Assembly: GCA_963715865.1 (NCBI GenBank)
Contig: OY970280.1
Coordinates: forward strand, 128,001 to 192,000
From: Candidatus Bathyarchaeota archaeon
Lineage (GTDB): Archaea; Thermoproteota; Bathyarchaeia; Bathyarchaeales; Bathycorpusculaceae
DNA: 64,000 nt
Reading direction: 5' to 3'
Shown: piece by piece, positions 50,489-60,499 of the stretch
Numbering within the stretch: position 1 is the first letter of the stretch
How the letters are laid out: each line of letters starts with the position of its first letter
Position numbers and translations under genes: made by a program
The notes under the pieces: model-generated
Told to the model about the DNA's origin: nothing
What the model saw: the letters and a program-made list of their open reading frames with translations, nothing else
Databases searched by the model: none

Positions 50489-51853
50489 TCAGGAATTCCA
50501 TTTTGTATAGGCGAAGTAGACAGGCCAAGCTTGCTTGACAAGATCCTCATCAAAAATTCTGTCTCCGCGAACGCCAACCTTCGCAGGAGACGGGCTTTTG
50601 TGTTTAATTCCCCCTGCAAGAAGTGATTTATAAATATCTAGTGTTTGTTCTGCAACCTTTCTCCAAGTAAAATATTCTAACACTCGTTTGCGACCGTTTT
50701 CGCCCCACATTTTTGCTCTCTGTGGATCCTTAAGCACTTCTTTTATTCCCCAAGCTATGTCGACAGGATCTTCACCATTAACGTGAACTCCATTTTGATC
50801 CGGGCCTGAGGAAATGACTTGCTCACGAAAACCAACTACTCCATGGGCACCAACAACGATTGGCTTTGCCATTGACATAGCCTCTAGGCTAACTATGCCG
50901 AACGGTTCGTAGACTGATGGAAAAATGCCGATGTCAGCAGCGGCATAATGCAGTATCCTTTCGTCTTCGGGTACAAACTCAAAACGACAAGTAACGTTCT
51001 CCTTAATTCCAAGCCGGGTTGCCATCTCGATTATGTCTCTCTGCTCTTCGCCCTTGCCTAAGATGACAAGTTTCGTTTTCGGGTAATCCTTTAGAACCAT
51101 CGAGATAGCTTGCACGAGGGTTCTGACGCTCTTGACCCAGGTGAGTCTGCCAACAAATAAGAGTAGATTCCAGTCTCTGGGAACACCATATCTTTCTCTT
51201 ATTCCATCAACTGCGTCTTTTTTGCAATTTTGTGGATTATACCGTTCTGGGTCTACACCGTTCCAGACGACGCTTATTTTTGATTCGGTCCATCCGTGGC
51301 GAACAAGATCATCTCTCATTGCATTGCTCACTGTGATTATTCGGTCTGCCAATTGCGCTGTGGCTCGCTCAAGATGGGAAACCACTTCAGAGCCCCCTCC
51401 TCCGCTTCTGCCCCACTCAGTGCTGTGAACATGAAAAACTACGGGGATTTTTGTTTCGTTCTTGGTTATGATGCCTGCGATACTGCTTAGCCAATCATGA
51501 ACACAGACAATGTCGAACTTGTGCCCTTCTTTCCTGATCAAATCGTTGATGAACTTCGTTGCGCTTAAGATGTTGTAAATGAAAATGTCGCTAAAGAACC
51601 GGATGTTTGTTCCCCACTTTAGCAAATCGTTGGTAACGAACATTGGAAATACGTTGCTTGCATCAGCAATCATTGGACGATGAACTTCCACTCCTTTCAA
51701 AGTCTCTGATGTTCGGAGATTTCCCGGGTTAAGAGTGAAAACGGAGACATCGTGGCCTAACTCAACAAACTGGCGAGTTATGTATTCCGCATATGTGCCC
51801 AAACCACCCACGAGCTGGGGTGGATACTCCAATACAAAAAAGCCGATCCTCAA
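50489..51853 (-). CDS. GT4 glycosyltransferase, probable glycogen/alpha-glucan synthase
   Basis: GGLGTY, HDWL, HVHSTE, FVGRL and YEPFGIVSLEAM; glucan-metabolism context. Confidence 0.85.
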   Translation of the reverse strand: MRIGFFVLEYPPQLVGGLGTYAEYITRQFVELGHDVSVFTLNPGNLRTSETLKGVEVHRPMIADASNVFPMFVTNDLLKWGTNIRFFSDIFIYNILSATKFINDLIRKEGHKFDIVCVHDWLSSIAGIITKNETKIPVVFHVHSTEWGRSGGGGSEVVSHLERATAQLADRIITVSNAMRDDLVRHGWTESKISVVWNGVDPERYNPQNCKKDAVDGIRERYGVPRDWNLLLFVGRLTWVKSVRTLVQAISMVLKDYPKTKLVILGKGEEQRDIIEMATRLGIKENVTCRFEFVPEDERILHYAAADIGIFPSVYEPFGIVSLEAMSMAKPIVVGAHGVVGFREQVISSGPDQNGVHVNGEDPVDIAWGIKEVLKDPQRAKMWGENGRKRVLEYFTWRKVAEQTLDIYKSLLAGGIKHKSPSPAKVGVRGDRIFDEDLVKQAWPVYFAYTKWNS

Positions 51854-52095
51854 CCAACTTCACCTCTCAAATCTGTTATATCTAACACGAAGACAGATTT
51901 TACTCTTGCTTCAGCAGCGTATACCAATGTTAACGTGAAAGCATAATCAATCTTCTCCACTCTGAGTTGGTCTGCAACCTCGCGTGCCTGTGAAAGCCCT
52001 TTTAAAGTAAGGTCTGGGTTGCACCATCCCGACAATATTCCACAGCTATTATCAGTTGATTCGGCATGCCTGAACACAAACAGCTTACAAATCAT
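51850..52095 (-). pseudogene. Truncated paralog of the dPGM-like gene at 36321-37010
   Basis: MICKLFVFRHAESTDN..IDYAFT matches the first ~55 aa, then diverges. Confidence 0.75.
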
Positions 52096-52147
52096 CGTGT
52101 TTCCTTCCTAACAATCTGTAGAGGATGAGCTCGCATGTCGCGTTGGG

Positions 52148-53143
52148 TTAAACAACGTTCTGTGGGTTTCCCGAAATGAAAGCAGCTATGTTTTGCACAG
52201 TTGTTTCGAGTATTCTTTCAAGCGCCTCTTGGCTGTAAAAAGCTATGTGCGGCGTGAAAACAACGTTATCTTTATCCAGGAGAACGTGTTCCCTAACAAA
52301 ACTGGTCAAGACCTCAAGGTTTTTCGGCTCATGCAGTAGCTGTTTTTCCTCTTTGATGAGTTCCTCCCCCTCCACGACGTCGAGTCCTGCGCCGGCCAGT
52401 ATCTTCTTGTCGAGAGCCTCGATCAACGCTTCAGTGTCCACGATGCTTCCCCTTGAAGTGTTTATCAGAATGGCGCCTTTCTTTACAAGCTTGAATGTAT
52501 CTTTGTTCATAAGATGATGCGTGGCTTTAATGTAGGGCACATGCAGCGTAATTACGTCTGATCTAGCTAAAAGGTCCTCCAGCGAAACATATTCAAACCC
52601 CAAGACCTCAGACAGGAGTCTGTTTTGACGAATGTCATAGGCTACAACGTTCATGCCAAAACCTTTTGCAATCCTGATGACGTGCAAGCCGATTTGACCA
52701 GTTCCGATGACGCCTATGGTTTTTCCTTTCAAGTCGAACCCCTTTAATCCCTCTATTGAGAAGTCATGTTCAAAGCGTCTAATGCAGGCCTTACAGATGT
52801 TTCTTGACAAGGACAAAATCAAAGCAAAAGTGTGCTCGGCAACAGTGTTCTCCCCGTAGGAAGGAACGTTGCAGACGGTGAGCCCCCTTTTTTTGCATGC
52901 TTCTATGTCAATATGGTCAAATCCAGCAGATCTTGTAACTACCAATTTTAGTCCGGGAATTTCCTGAATGGTTTGTCCATCAACCTTGGAATAAACGAAA
53001 ACTGAAACCGCATCAAAATCCTTGATTTGTTGAGCATTTTCTGAGTTGAGTGCTTCTTTTGAGAATTTTAAGAAGTAACCTTTCAGCTTATTTTCTAAAT
53101 ACTTTTCTTCCCAGTCGTCAACCTCGAAAAACGCTATTCTCAT
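52148..53143 (-). CDS. D-isomer-specific 2-hydroxyacid dehydrogenase (D-lactate dehydrogenase-like)
   Basis: RSAGFDHID, VAEHTFAL, GVIGTGQIG, INTSRG, GLDV and TPHIAF; ATG at 53143. Confidence 0.88.
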   Translation of the reverse strand: MRIAFFEVDDWEEKYLENKLKGYFLKFSKEALNSENAQQIKDFDAVSVFVYSKVDGQTIQEIPGLKLVVTRSAGFDHIDIEACKKRGLTVCNVPSYGENTVAEHTFALILSLSRNICKACIRRFEHDFSIEGLKGFDLKGKTIGVIGTGQIGLHVIRIAKGFGMNVVAYDIRQNRLLSEVLGFEYVSLEDLLARSDVITLHVPYIKATHHLMNKDTFKLVKKGAILINTSRGSIVDTEALIEALDKKILAGAGLDVVEGEELIKEEKQLLHEPKNLEVLTSFVREHVLLDKDNVVFTPHIAFYSQEALERILETTVQNIAAFISGNPQNVV

Positions 53144-53245
53144 TGTTCCATCACCTAACATGGATTATCCTTTGAAGGTATTATAGCATAATGACTTTAA
53201 AGATATCATTGCGCAGACGCGAGATATGAACCCATTTTCAATTTG

Positions 53246-53533
53246 TCAGGAAGAAATCTGCTGTGTAGATTTCGTTAATTCAGTGATGCGATTTTGAACT
53301 GTTTTGAAAAGCTCTTTCCTCAAGTTTTCATCTTGTGACCCTGCTTTAATCTGGTCAATTCTCTTGGCTAGTTCTTCATCGCCAACAGTCTCTTTGAGCC
53401 ATTTTTGAAAATCTTGACGCTGAAAATGAAACGTTACGGATTGAATGGGTATTATTTGGAGTTTTTCGGCGAACTCAACAGTGCTACTTGCAGTTATTCC
53501 AGTGTATTTTCCGTGTTCTGTGAAAAAATCCAA
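53246..53533 (-). CDS. DUF5752-like small protein found near glucan-metabolism genes
   Basis: SVTFHFQRQDFQKWLKETVGDEELAKRI pattern. Confidence 0.65.
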   Translation of the reverse strand: MDFFTEHGKYTGITASSTVEFAEKLQIIPIQSVTFHFQRQDFQKWLKETVGDEELAKRIDQIKAGSQDENLRKELFKTVQNRITELTKSTQQISS

Positions 53534-53580
53534 CCTAGCGATGTTTCCTTATATTTTCGATCAGCAACTCAGATGAGGTT

Positions 53581-54958
53581 CTAGGCAGTCTCTTTTTTCT
53601 TTCCCATTTCGCGTGGGTGCTTGCCCGCTCGCCAGTGTGACTCTATTTCCTCCAACGTGTGACCTTTAGTTTCAGGCACCAACCGATAGCAGAATATCCA
53701 AGCTAAAATCCCTATTGCGGCATAGAACCAGAAAGTTCCAGACTTGCCGATGACCTGAATCAACGTTAGAAATGTTAAGGCGATTATCAGGTTCGAACCC
53801 CAGTTTGCTTCACTCGCTATGCTCATCGCTAAGCCGCGAACCTTCAGCGGATATATTTCCGAGATGAGAAGCCAGAAGACAGGCCCCAAACCTAAGGCAA
53901 ACGAAGCCACATACAGCATAAGTCCCACAGTGGCAAGGCTCCCAAGCAGGCTAGACAGACTTGACAAGTAGAAGGCAAAACCAAGCAAGAATAGACTTGA
54001 AATCATACCTGCCAAGCCTATCAACAACAGAGGTCTTCGTCCTATACGGTCCAGCAGAAGTATTGCTACGATTGTAAATGCAACGTTTACGACACCGACT
54101 AGCAAAGTCGAAGATGGCAGAAGATGCGGATGAGATACCAGCGAACTGGAAGATTTTGGGTGCATAATAAATAACGGTGTTGATACCTGTTACCTGCTGG
54201 AAGATTGCTAAACTCACGCCAATCATTAAAGCTGGCTTAACTAGTGGACTAAACAGTTCAGCTCTTCCAGCTTTTTGCTCTTTCAAACTCTTCTGAATGT
54301 CGCCAAGTTCCTCTTCAACGTCCGTTTTACCTCTAATACGCTTCAACACTGTACGAGCTTTGTCGCTCTCATTATGATTCACAAGCCATCTGGGAGTATC
54401 CGGCAAGAAAAGCATCCCCAACCCCAATATTGCCGCGGGAACCACTGCTAAGCCTAGCATGTACCTCCATCCTTGAACATCAGCGAGACCAAAGTCAACT
54501 AAGTATGAAACAACGATGCCGATGGTGATGGCGAGTTGGTTCAGCGAAACCAGTGACCCGCGCATTTTGGGAGGCGCCACTTCAGATATGTAAAGCGGAG
54601 TAGTCTCCGAAGCTATGCCTATGGCGATTCCCACTACAATTCGACCTATTATCAGCAGACCAACGTTGGGTGTCAGTGCTGTGCCGATTGCTCCCAAAGC
54701 GAATATCACTGCAGCTGAGATTATCATTTTGCGGCGACCAACATGGTCTGCAAGGTCACCGCCAATGGCAGCTCCTATAACGGCTCCTATCAGAACGGCG
54801 CTGATAACGATTCCAATATACAGGCTTGAGAGTGCAAACTTTTGTTGTATAAACAGAATAGCGCCTGAAATCACGCCAGTGTCATAACCAAAGAGTAAAC
54901 CGCCGAGGGCTGAAATTACTGCCACTACATAGACAAAGCGGTTGCCACCTTGGTTCAT
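53581..54958 (-). CDS. MFS sugar porter (frameshift at ~54110)
   Basis: GGLLFGYDTGVISGA, GRR, PLYISEVAP..RG, PDTPRW, QQVTGIN.VIYY, LISEIYP and PETKG. Confidence 0.9.
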
Positions 54959-54991
54959 GGAGAATGTGTTTGTCAAGGTGTTTACCCCCTG

Positions 54992-56842
54992 TTAAACTGT
55001 CTCTTCGTTATTCTCTAAGTCTTTTATTGCTAAAACTAAAAAAGCATGAGACCAAGCTAGTGGAATAGCGGAGACTGGTGAGCCATTAGTTTTATCTATT
55101 TGCTCCGAAAGCAGTCCCAGCTCAGTAGAGTGGTCAAGTGCCCAATGGATGAGTTGTTTTACTTTGCCTAAATCTCCTAACTTTTCGTAATACAAAGCAA
55201 GCCAGAGGGTCGTAAGAATCCACGGGTTGCCTCCATAGTACTGGTCTAGCGGGTACCTTCCTATTCCACCAACCTTGTAGCTGAATGCTGCTTCTATTGC
55301 AGTAGCAGTTTTCCTCATTCTTTCATCACTTGCAGGCAAAACTTCAAACGGGTAAACCAAGCTAAGCAGGCTAGCATCAAGATTTTGATTTCGGGGAGCA
55401 ACAGTTGTGATGAAATGGTTCAAGTCTGCATCCCAAGCGAGCTTGAGCAATGATCCCTTAATGCTTTCAGCAGCTTCGTCCCATTTTTCGCTTAAAGCGT
55501 TTTGGTCAACTATCTTGGCGATATTGGCGGCTGTTTTGAGGCCGCTGTAGATGGCAGCGTTTGAATAGGTATGTCCCCCGAATTTTTCTTCCCACAGCCC
55601 AACAGACTCGACGAGACCATTAGCCTTAGCCACTTCTTCTTGCAGAAAATCAGCTGCTCTCCTAATCATGTGCCAAATGGATTGAATAAACCGATAATCA
55701 CTTGTCAACTCGTAATGTTTACCCATGCCCCATAGAACAGTCGCAGTTTCATCAATCTGGGAACTCCAACATGGGCCTTTCAATCTTGCTCCAATGTAAT
55801 AACGCTGGTACAATCCTCCTTCTGGCTCTTGCGCTTTGGCGCACCATTTGTAAAAGCGTTTTGCTTCCTCATGGAAACCACATTTGTCAAAAGCATAGGC
55901 AACATAAGTTGCGTCTCTAGGCCAACAGAAGCGGTATTCAGGCTCCATACAAGGCGCTGCAATTATACCCCCTTGCCTTTCAGATGTCAATAGTTTAAGT
56001 GTCAGTAAGGATCTTTTGGCTATTCCTGAAAGTGCTTCTTGCGCAGAGCTTAATTTGAAGGTTGCTATCCATTTTTTCCAGAAATCTTCGATCTTGCTGA
56101 TTTGTTCATCAAGAGGTTCTTTTCTGCATTTTTCTAGTTCTTCCAAAACTTCTTTCTCAGTTGGCCCCAAGGCCATTATAACCGTCAAAGTCTTCGTGTC
56201 TTTGCTTTTGATGTTACCTACATCCCAGCATAGACATGAGTTCACGTCTCTTGATCCGTCATACAGCGTTAGAGAGCCACCTGACAATATCGAGTCGTAG
56301 ACATCACTGAAAGCATCCGATCCTTCGCCATGAACTCCACACTGATGGCCGGTTGACCGCACCGTGCCACCATACGCGAAGTAGACATCTCGCTTGTAAT
56401 GAACAATCGCGTCGCGACCCTGCAAGTAATATGCTGCATCATCAATTGGTGACTCGAAAATTGCTAAATCATTGTAGTAAAAGAACCTCACGAAAACATC
56501 GTTTAAACCCATATTTTGGAACACAATTCTTCGTAATAACACGTCAGAGTCAGGCAACACGGCGTCGGTAGCGGTTATGTTCAAGTCTGGATTTTGGTGT
56601 CTGAAAAAAGTGCAAATAACGTTAGCGTCAGGCACATACTCCTGCTTCTTTTCCCACTCAGCATCGGTGAGCCAGCCAAACCTACCTTCGCCCCTGTAAG
56701 AATAAAACACGCCAGGCAAAGAACCCAAGATGTGCTGGGGATAATCTATTGTAGGTCAAAACAAATATCGAAGTTCCCCGTGTTTGCCTATGGTGGCAAG
56801 TATGCGGTTGTTACCAAGCGGGGCTTGCTCGGGTACATCCAT
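54992..56842 (-). CDS. GH15 glucoamylase/glucan 1,4-alpha-glucosidase (in-frame TGA at codon 29)
   Basis: WPRDA, GLWEE, LDASL, LLSEQ and PLAWSHA; N-terminus MDVPEQAPLGNNRILATIGKHGELRYLF*PTIDYPQH from ATG 56842. Confidence 0.88.
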
Positions 56843-57189
56843 GCTTAACAGCCTTCACCTTCGAACTCACAGAGCTCACAAGAGCTATCCATGTTCATGA
56901 TTATGGCCCACTCCCTTTCTATCAGTTCAAAACGAGACAACAGTAACTGCGAAAACAGTCTAATAAGATTTTGCCAGAATCTAGAAGACGCTGACGATTG
57001 TTTTTCCAACCACGACTCCTGTGGCCTGAATCTTGTTTAGCTTCTGCTTTACAGGTCTCCGGAAATCTATCTATTCTATATCAGAAATCCTTTTACTCAA
57101 ACAGATATGAAGTTAAGCAGTTGCTTAAAAAGACTGATAGAAGTTTCTTCTAGTCACGGGTTAAAGTCGAATTGGCTTTCTTCGGCGCT

Positions 57190-57474
57190 TTAGTCTTGCT
57201 TGGGTCTGACAATGCTCTTCAATTCTTCAATAGAATTGCCTAAGGAAACCACATCCCCGACCGCCTTTATTATACTGACTGGCAGAAGAACTACCATATG
57301 ACCTAACAGAGGTTTCTTAAATCCAAACCGTTCTGTTGCTTCACTATTTAGCTTCACTTGAAGATGCGTGATTTGCCAATTCTTGATTTCGAATTCGGCT
57401 CCTTCCACTTCGCCCAAAGTGAAAGCACCCGCACCGATTACCTTTTTTCCATTCAATTCGCTAACACTTGTCAA
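57190..57474 (-). CDS. PRC-barrel domain protein
   Basis: ELNGKKVI..LGEVEGAEF..WQITHLQV..IKAVGDVV. Confidence 0.85.
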   Translation of the reverse strand: MTSVSELNGKKVIGAGAFTLGEVEGAEFEIKNWQITHLQVKLNSEATERFGFKKPLLGHMVVLLPVSIIKAVGDVVSLGNSIEELKSIVRPKQD

Positions 57475-57829
57475 AAAATCACCAAGTTAAACTATTAATT
57501 TGTTTGAAATATAAACTTTTCTTGTATTGTGCTGAGTTGAATAGATGAGTTTAGAAGCCATAATTGGTTTTCTCTTTTGAATTAGGCTTTAAATTTTCTT
57601 TTTCTCCATCTTTATGGAACCAACCTGTAGAATACCTCCTTTCGCTGGATAAAGCCCATTTCGCGTTAAATTCACCACCCACTGTTGCAAATGCGTTCAT
57701 TACTATCTTTTTTTAATGTGTCCATTCAAACAAACTTTGAAACTAAATTAACCTCACGTCCGGTAACCTAAATGTGATTTTTAGTTACTTGTTTGAGCTC
57801 CGCTGAGTTTTTAAGAGAAGAAAACAATA

Positions 57830-58246
57830 ATGTTATTCATGCAAAAAGGCTATGTTTTTCTGTGCAATGGTGCTTCGATGACTGAGTGCATGAGAAATAA
57901 ACGCTTTAGCTGTTCCGGCACACAAGTTAAAGTAGCTCAAGAATTAGAAATAAACGCTGTCATTTTTTTGCTCAATAATGAAACAGATACTCTTCTGGGT
58001 CCATTCACCGTTGTTCAAGGGCCTGAAGATTTGGAGAAGGGAACATGGTACAGTAGCGTGGACGAGCGTAGCTTTTCAGAAAACATAAAAATAGAATGGG
58101 AAAGATTACATGAACTCAAAAACGCAACCGACAAAATACCCTTCTTGAAAGACACCAAAGATTGCACCCTGTCTGATCTCCAGACTCAGGAACTACTCTC
58201 AACACTAAAGGACACTCCTTTATACGCTGAATCAAAATCTGAGTAG
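57830..58246 (+). CDS. DCD (development and cell death)-like domain protein
   Basis: GYVFLCN..SMTECM..F and IFLLNNETDTLLGPF resemble the DCD consensus. Confidence 0.6.
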   Translation: MLFMQKGYVFLCNGASMTECMRNKRFSCSGTQVKVAQELEINAVIFLLNNETDTLLGPFTVVQGPEDLEKGTWYSSVDERSFSENIKIEWERLHELKNATDKIPFLKDTKDCTLSDLQTQELLSTLKDTPLYAESKSE

Positions 58247-58506
58247 AAAAAAAGAAGAGTCTCTTCTGATGGAGACTCACGCGGGGGCGAACCAAATATG
58301 TTATACTTCAGCTACGCTTCATCCATTGCCCCGATTGCCTTAGGTTTTGGTTCCTATCCCCAGCTAGACGGTACAAGTTACTCAACCACACGGACATTAA
58401 GTTTCATCACTAAGAGAAGCTCAAAGTTGTTGAGAAAAAGCACTATAATAGAAAATTTTTCTGAAAAACATTTAACCAATGATGCTTGAGTTACGAATCG
58501 CAGGCC

Positions 58507-58659
58507 TTACCAATTAGCGTGGGCTTTTCTGTAGGGACCTCGTGTTCTGAGCCGAGCCTTCTTTCTTTTTTCCTCTTTATTTAGAGCTTCGTCTTCCTCT
58601 TCGTTTTCCTTTTGCTCCTCAGTAGAGGCATCTGATTCAGTTTTGTTTTGCTCTTTCAA
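58507..58659 (-). CDS. 50-aa microprotein, acidic N-terminus and basic RLRTRGPYRKAH C-terminus
   Basis: TTG..TAA read manually. Confidence 0.6.
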   Translation of the reverse strand: MKEQNKTESDASTEEQKENEEEDEALNKEEKRKKARLRTRGPYRKAHANW

Positions 58660-58677
58660 GTCTTAATCCTCCATCAG

Positions 58678-58995
58678 TTAAACATGGGCAAGCAACTTTT
58701 TGATCTCTTTCTTATCTTCAAGAAACTTTCCATATTCACTGTAGTTTCTAAATGCTCTCAAAAATATAATCCTCATTTGCTTGTCAACACAATAAACTAT
58801 GTGCACGTCTTCTTTTTTCGCTCTGAAAATAAGATTTCCATCTAAACTTTCTTCAAATTTGTGCAGTTCATAAAAGTCAATGTTGGAACAGTCTAGAACA
58901 TCGTTAACTATCGATTCAGCCTCTTTTTCATCTTTTAGGTCCTTGAAGAAGTGCTTGGAAATTACAGCCTCTTTGATAAATGGTCTAATAGACAT
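58678..58995 (-). CDS. RelE/ParE-superfamily toxin-like protein
   Basis: SKHFFKDLK, FRAKKEDVHIVYCVD and IIFLRAF secondary-structure pattern. Confidence 0.55.
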   Translation of the reverse strand: MSIRPFIKEAVISKHFFKDLKDEKEAESIVNDVLDCSNIDFYELHKFEESLDGNLIFRAKKEDVHIVYCVDKQMRIIFLRAFRNYSEYGKFLEDKKEIKKLLAHV

Positions 58996-59356
58996 GAAAT
59001 GGCTGTGGCAGTTCACACAGTGATCCTTTTTCAGTTCACATGGATTTTGCAGATTTCTATAGACTCTCAAGAAAATCTATTATTGAAAATGTTGCCTAAA
59101 ACATTAACTTTGCTCCCTGAACTTCAAGCTAAAGATATAGTTTTCTGAAGGTCAGTTTGTTATATAGTGGTTAGTCAGTATTTTGTAAATTTCATCTAAT
59201 TTTTTGGAGATTTTAAAAAACTTAGGTCTTTGTTAACGATGCTATTAGTCAGCAATTGAAACAGAAAACCCTGAAATTCGTGATAAATATAGTTAATTAT
59301 CATAAGTATTGCTAAAAAAAAATTAATATAGCCAGCAGTCCGCATCTATAACTAAT

Positions 59357-59647
59357 GTGAAACATTTGTCAGCGAAAGAAATGGTTGTTTCTGGCGAAGA
59401 GGCCTTGAAAATAGCAGAAGCTATTAACTCAACAACTATGAGAATGCTTCAGCTGCTTGGAAGCGAACGTTTGGATGTTACAACTATCTCAAAGAGGCTC
59501 GGCTTGAGTGAGGCCTACATAAGTGAACAGGTTCGTCTTCTTGAAGACCTAAAACTGATTAACGTCACGTATGAGCGCGGCAAACGAGGCATCAGGAAGA
59601 TTTGCGAATCAGCGGTTGAGAAAGTCACATTGGTTATCAAAGGCTAA
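59357..59647 (+). CDS. ArsR-like winged HTH regulator (paralog of 32618-32920)
   Basis: Shares VVSGEEAL, STTMRMLQLL, KRLGLSEAYISEQV and RGKRGIRKIC. Confidence 0.8.
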   Translation: MKHLSAKEMVVSGEEALKIAEAINSTTMRMLQLLGSERLDVTTISKRLGLSEAYISEQVRLLEDLKLINVTYERGKRGIRKICESAVEKVTLVIKG

Positions 59648-59815
59648 CATTTTTCGCTGACTGCCTTAAAAAAGTTGAGAAGTTGTAGCTTTCCCTATGC
59701 AGTCGAAAAACAGCGTAAATGGTTTTGTTTGAAGTTGTACGCTTTAGAAACAGGTTGTTTCAAAAGTAAAACTGCTATAAAAATTCAGAAAGTTAGGAAT
59801 AATCACCTGATTATC

Positions 59816-59857
59816 TCATTTTTTTTTCTTCTTGCTTGATTTCTTTTTCTTTGCCAT
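59816..59857 (-). CDS. 13-aa lysine-rich micro-ORF MAKKKKSSKKKKK
   Basis: TTTATAA box and GAGTGA RBS-like sequence upstream; very short, so uncertain. Confidence 0.4.
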   Translation of the reverse strand: MAKKKKSSKKKKK

Positions 59858-60130
59858 ACGTTCACTCTCTCATTTGACAATATATATAGGTAATTACTTA
59901 TAAATTGTTTGACAAATCATGAAAGTCGGCTCAGGAAGTAAAATTCAAAAAAACATTAAGGATGTTTTTAAACTTTGATAAAAAATAATTATTGAATAAT
60001 GCGAAAATCAGTATTATGTATTCATCGGTGGGGTTTCTATAGTTTACACCCACAGGTAACATCTTCAGCCCTCTTTCTAGCAAACAAGGAGGCAATGTGC
60101 AATGGTCACTCTTTCAGAAATATTTAGCGA

Positions 60131-60468
60131 AATTGCCTTGACTGCAGTATCGGTGAAAAGCTGAAAGTTAACACTTCGTACCGGAGAGAAAGAAAGATAA
60201 ATGGGGGCTAACAAGCCAGCCTTTACTGTTTTCCCTCCTATCACGCTTTTCTGGGCGTTTACAAAAAATTTTGGGGTACTTTTTTATTTTTTGAATCTTG
60301 CCGGAAGCCCTGCTTGCTTTTTCTGTTTCTTTTTGAGGGCTTTTTCTCGCTGTGCTTTCTTGTGTAGCTCAAGACTTTCAGCTTTAGTTAACTTTTTTGA
60401 CAATACCAATCGACCCAACAGAATATAGCATTTATAATATATTTATAGTTTTTTATCTATACATATAG
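60131..60468 (-). repeat. Inverted paralog of module 29184-29521
   Basis: Clear nucleotide alignment over ~340 bp. Confidence 0.9.
60284..60403 (-). CDS. 39-aa lysine-rich microprotein MSKKLTKAESLELHKKAQREKALKKKQKKQAGLPARFKK
   Basis: Paralog of 29247-29375. Confidence 0.7.
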   Translation of the reverse strand: MSKKLTKAESLELHKKAQREKALKKKQKKQAGLPARFKK

Positions 60469-60499
60469 TAAGCGCGCGTGATCTTTTAAAAGCTCGTTT

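Noticed and set aside
50561-50591. Strong hairpin GTCTCCGCGAA/TTCGCAGGAGAC as a separate ncRNA
   Set aside because: It lies in the non-conserved tail of the GT4 ORF with a U-run after it on the minus strand, so it is most simply a terminator-like element
33836-52517. Antisense ORFs within nhaP, pyk, CBS, ATPase, pfkA and others (e.g. 38704-39123, 49685-50164)
   Set aside because: Mirror frames of clearly identified genes
56756-56758. Selenocysteine or an alternative genetic code
   Set aside because: The position corresponds to Trp, and TGA acts as a normal stop in several genes of the window
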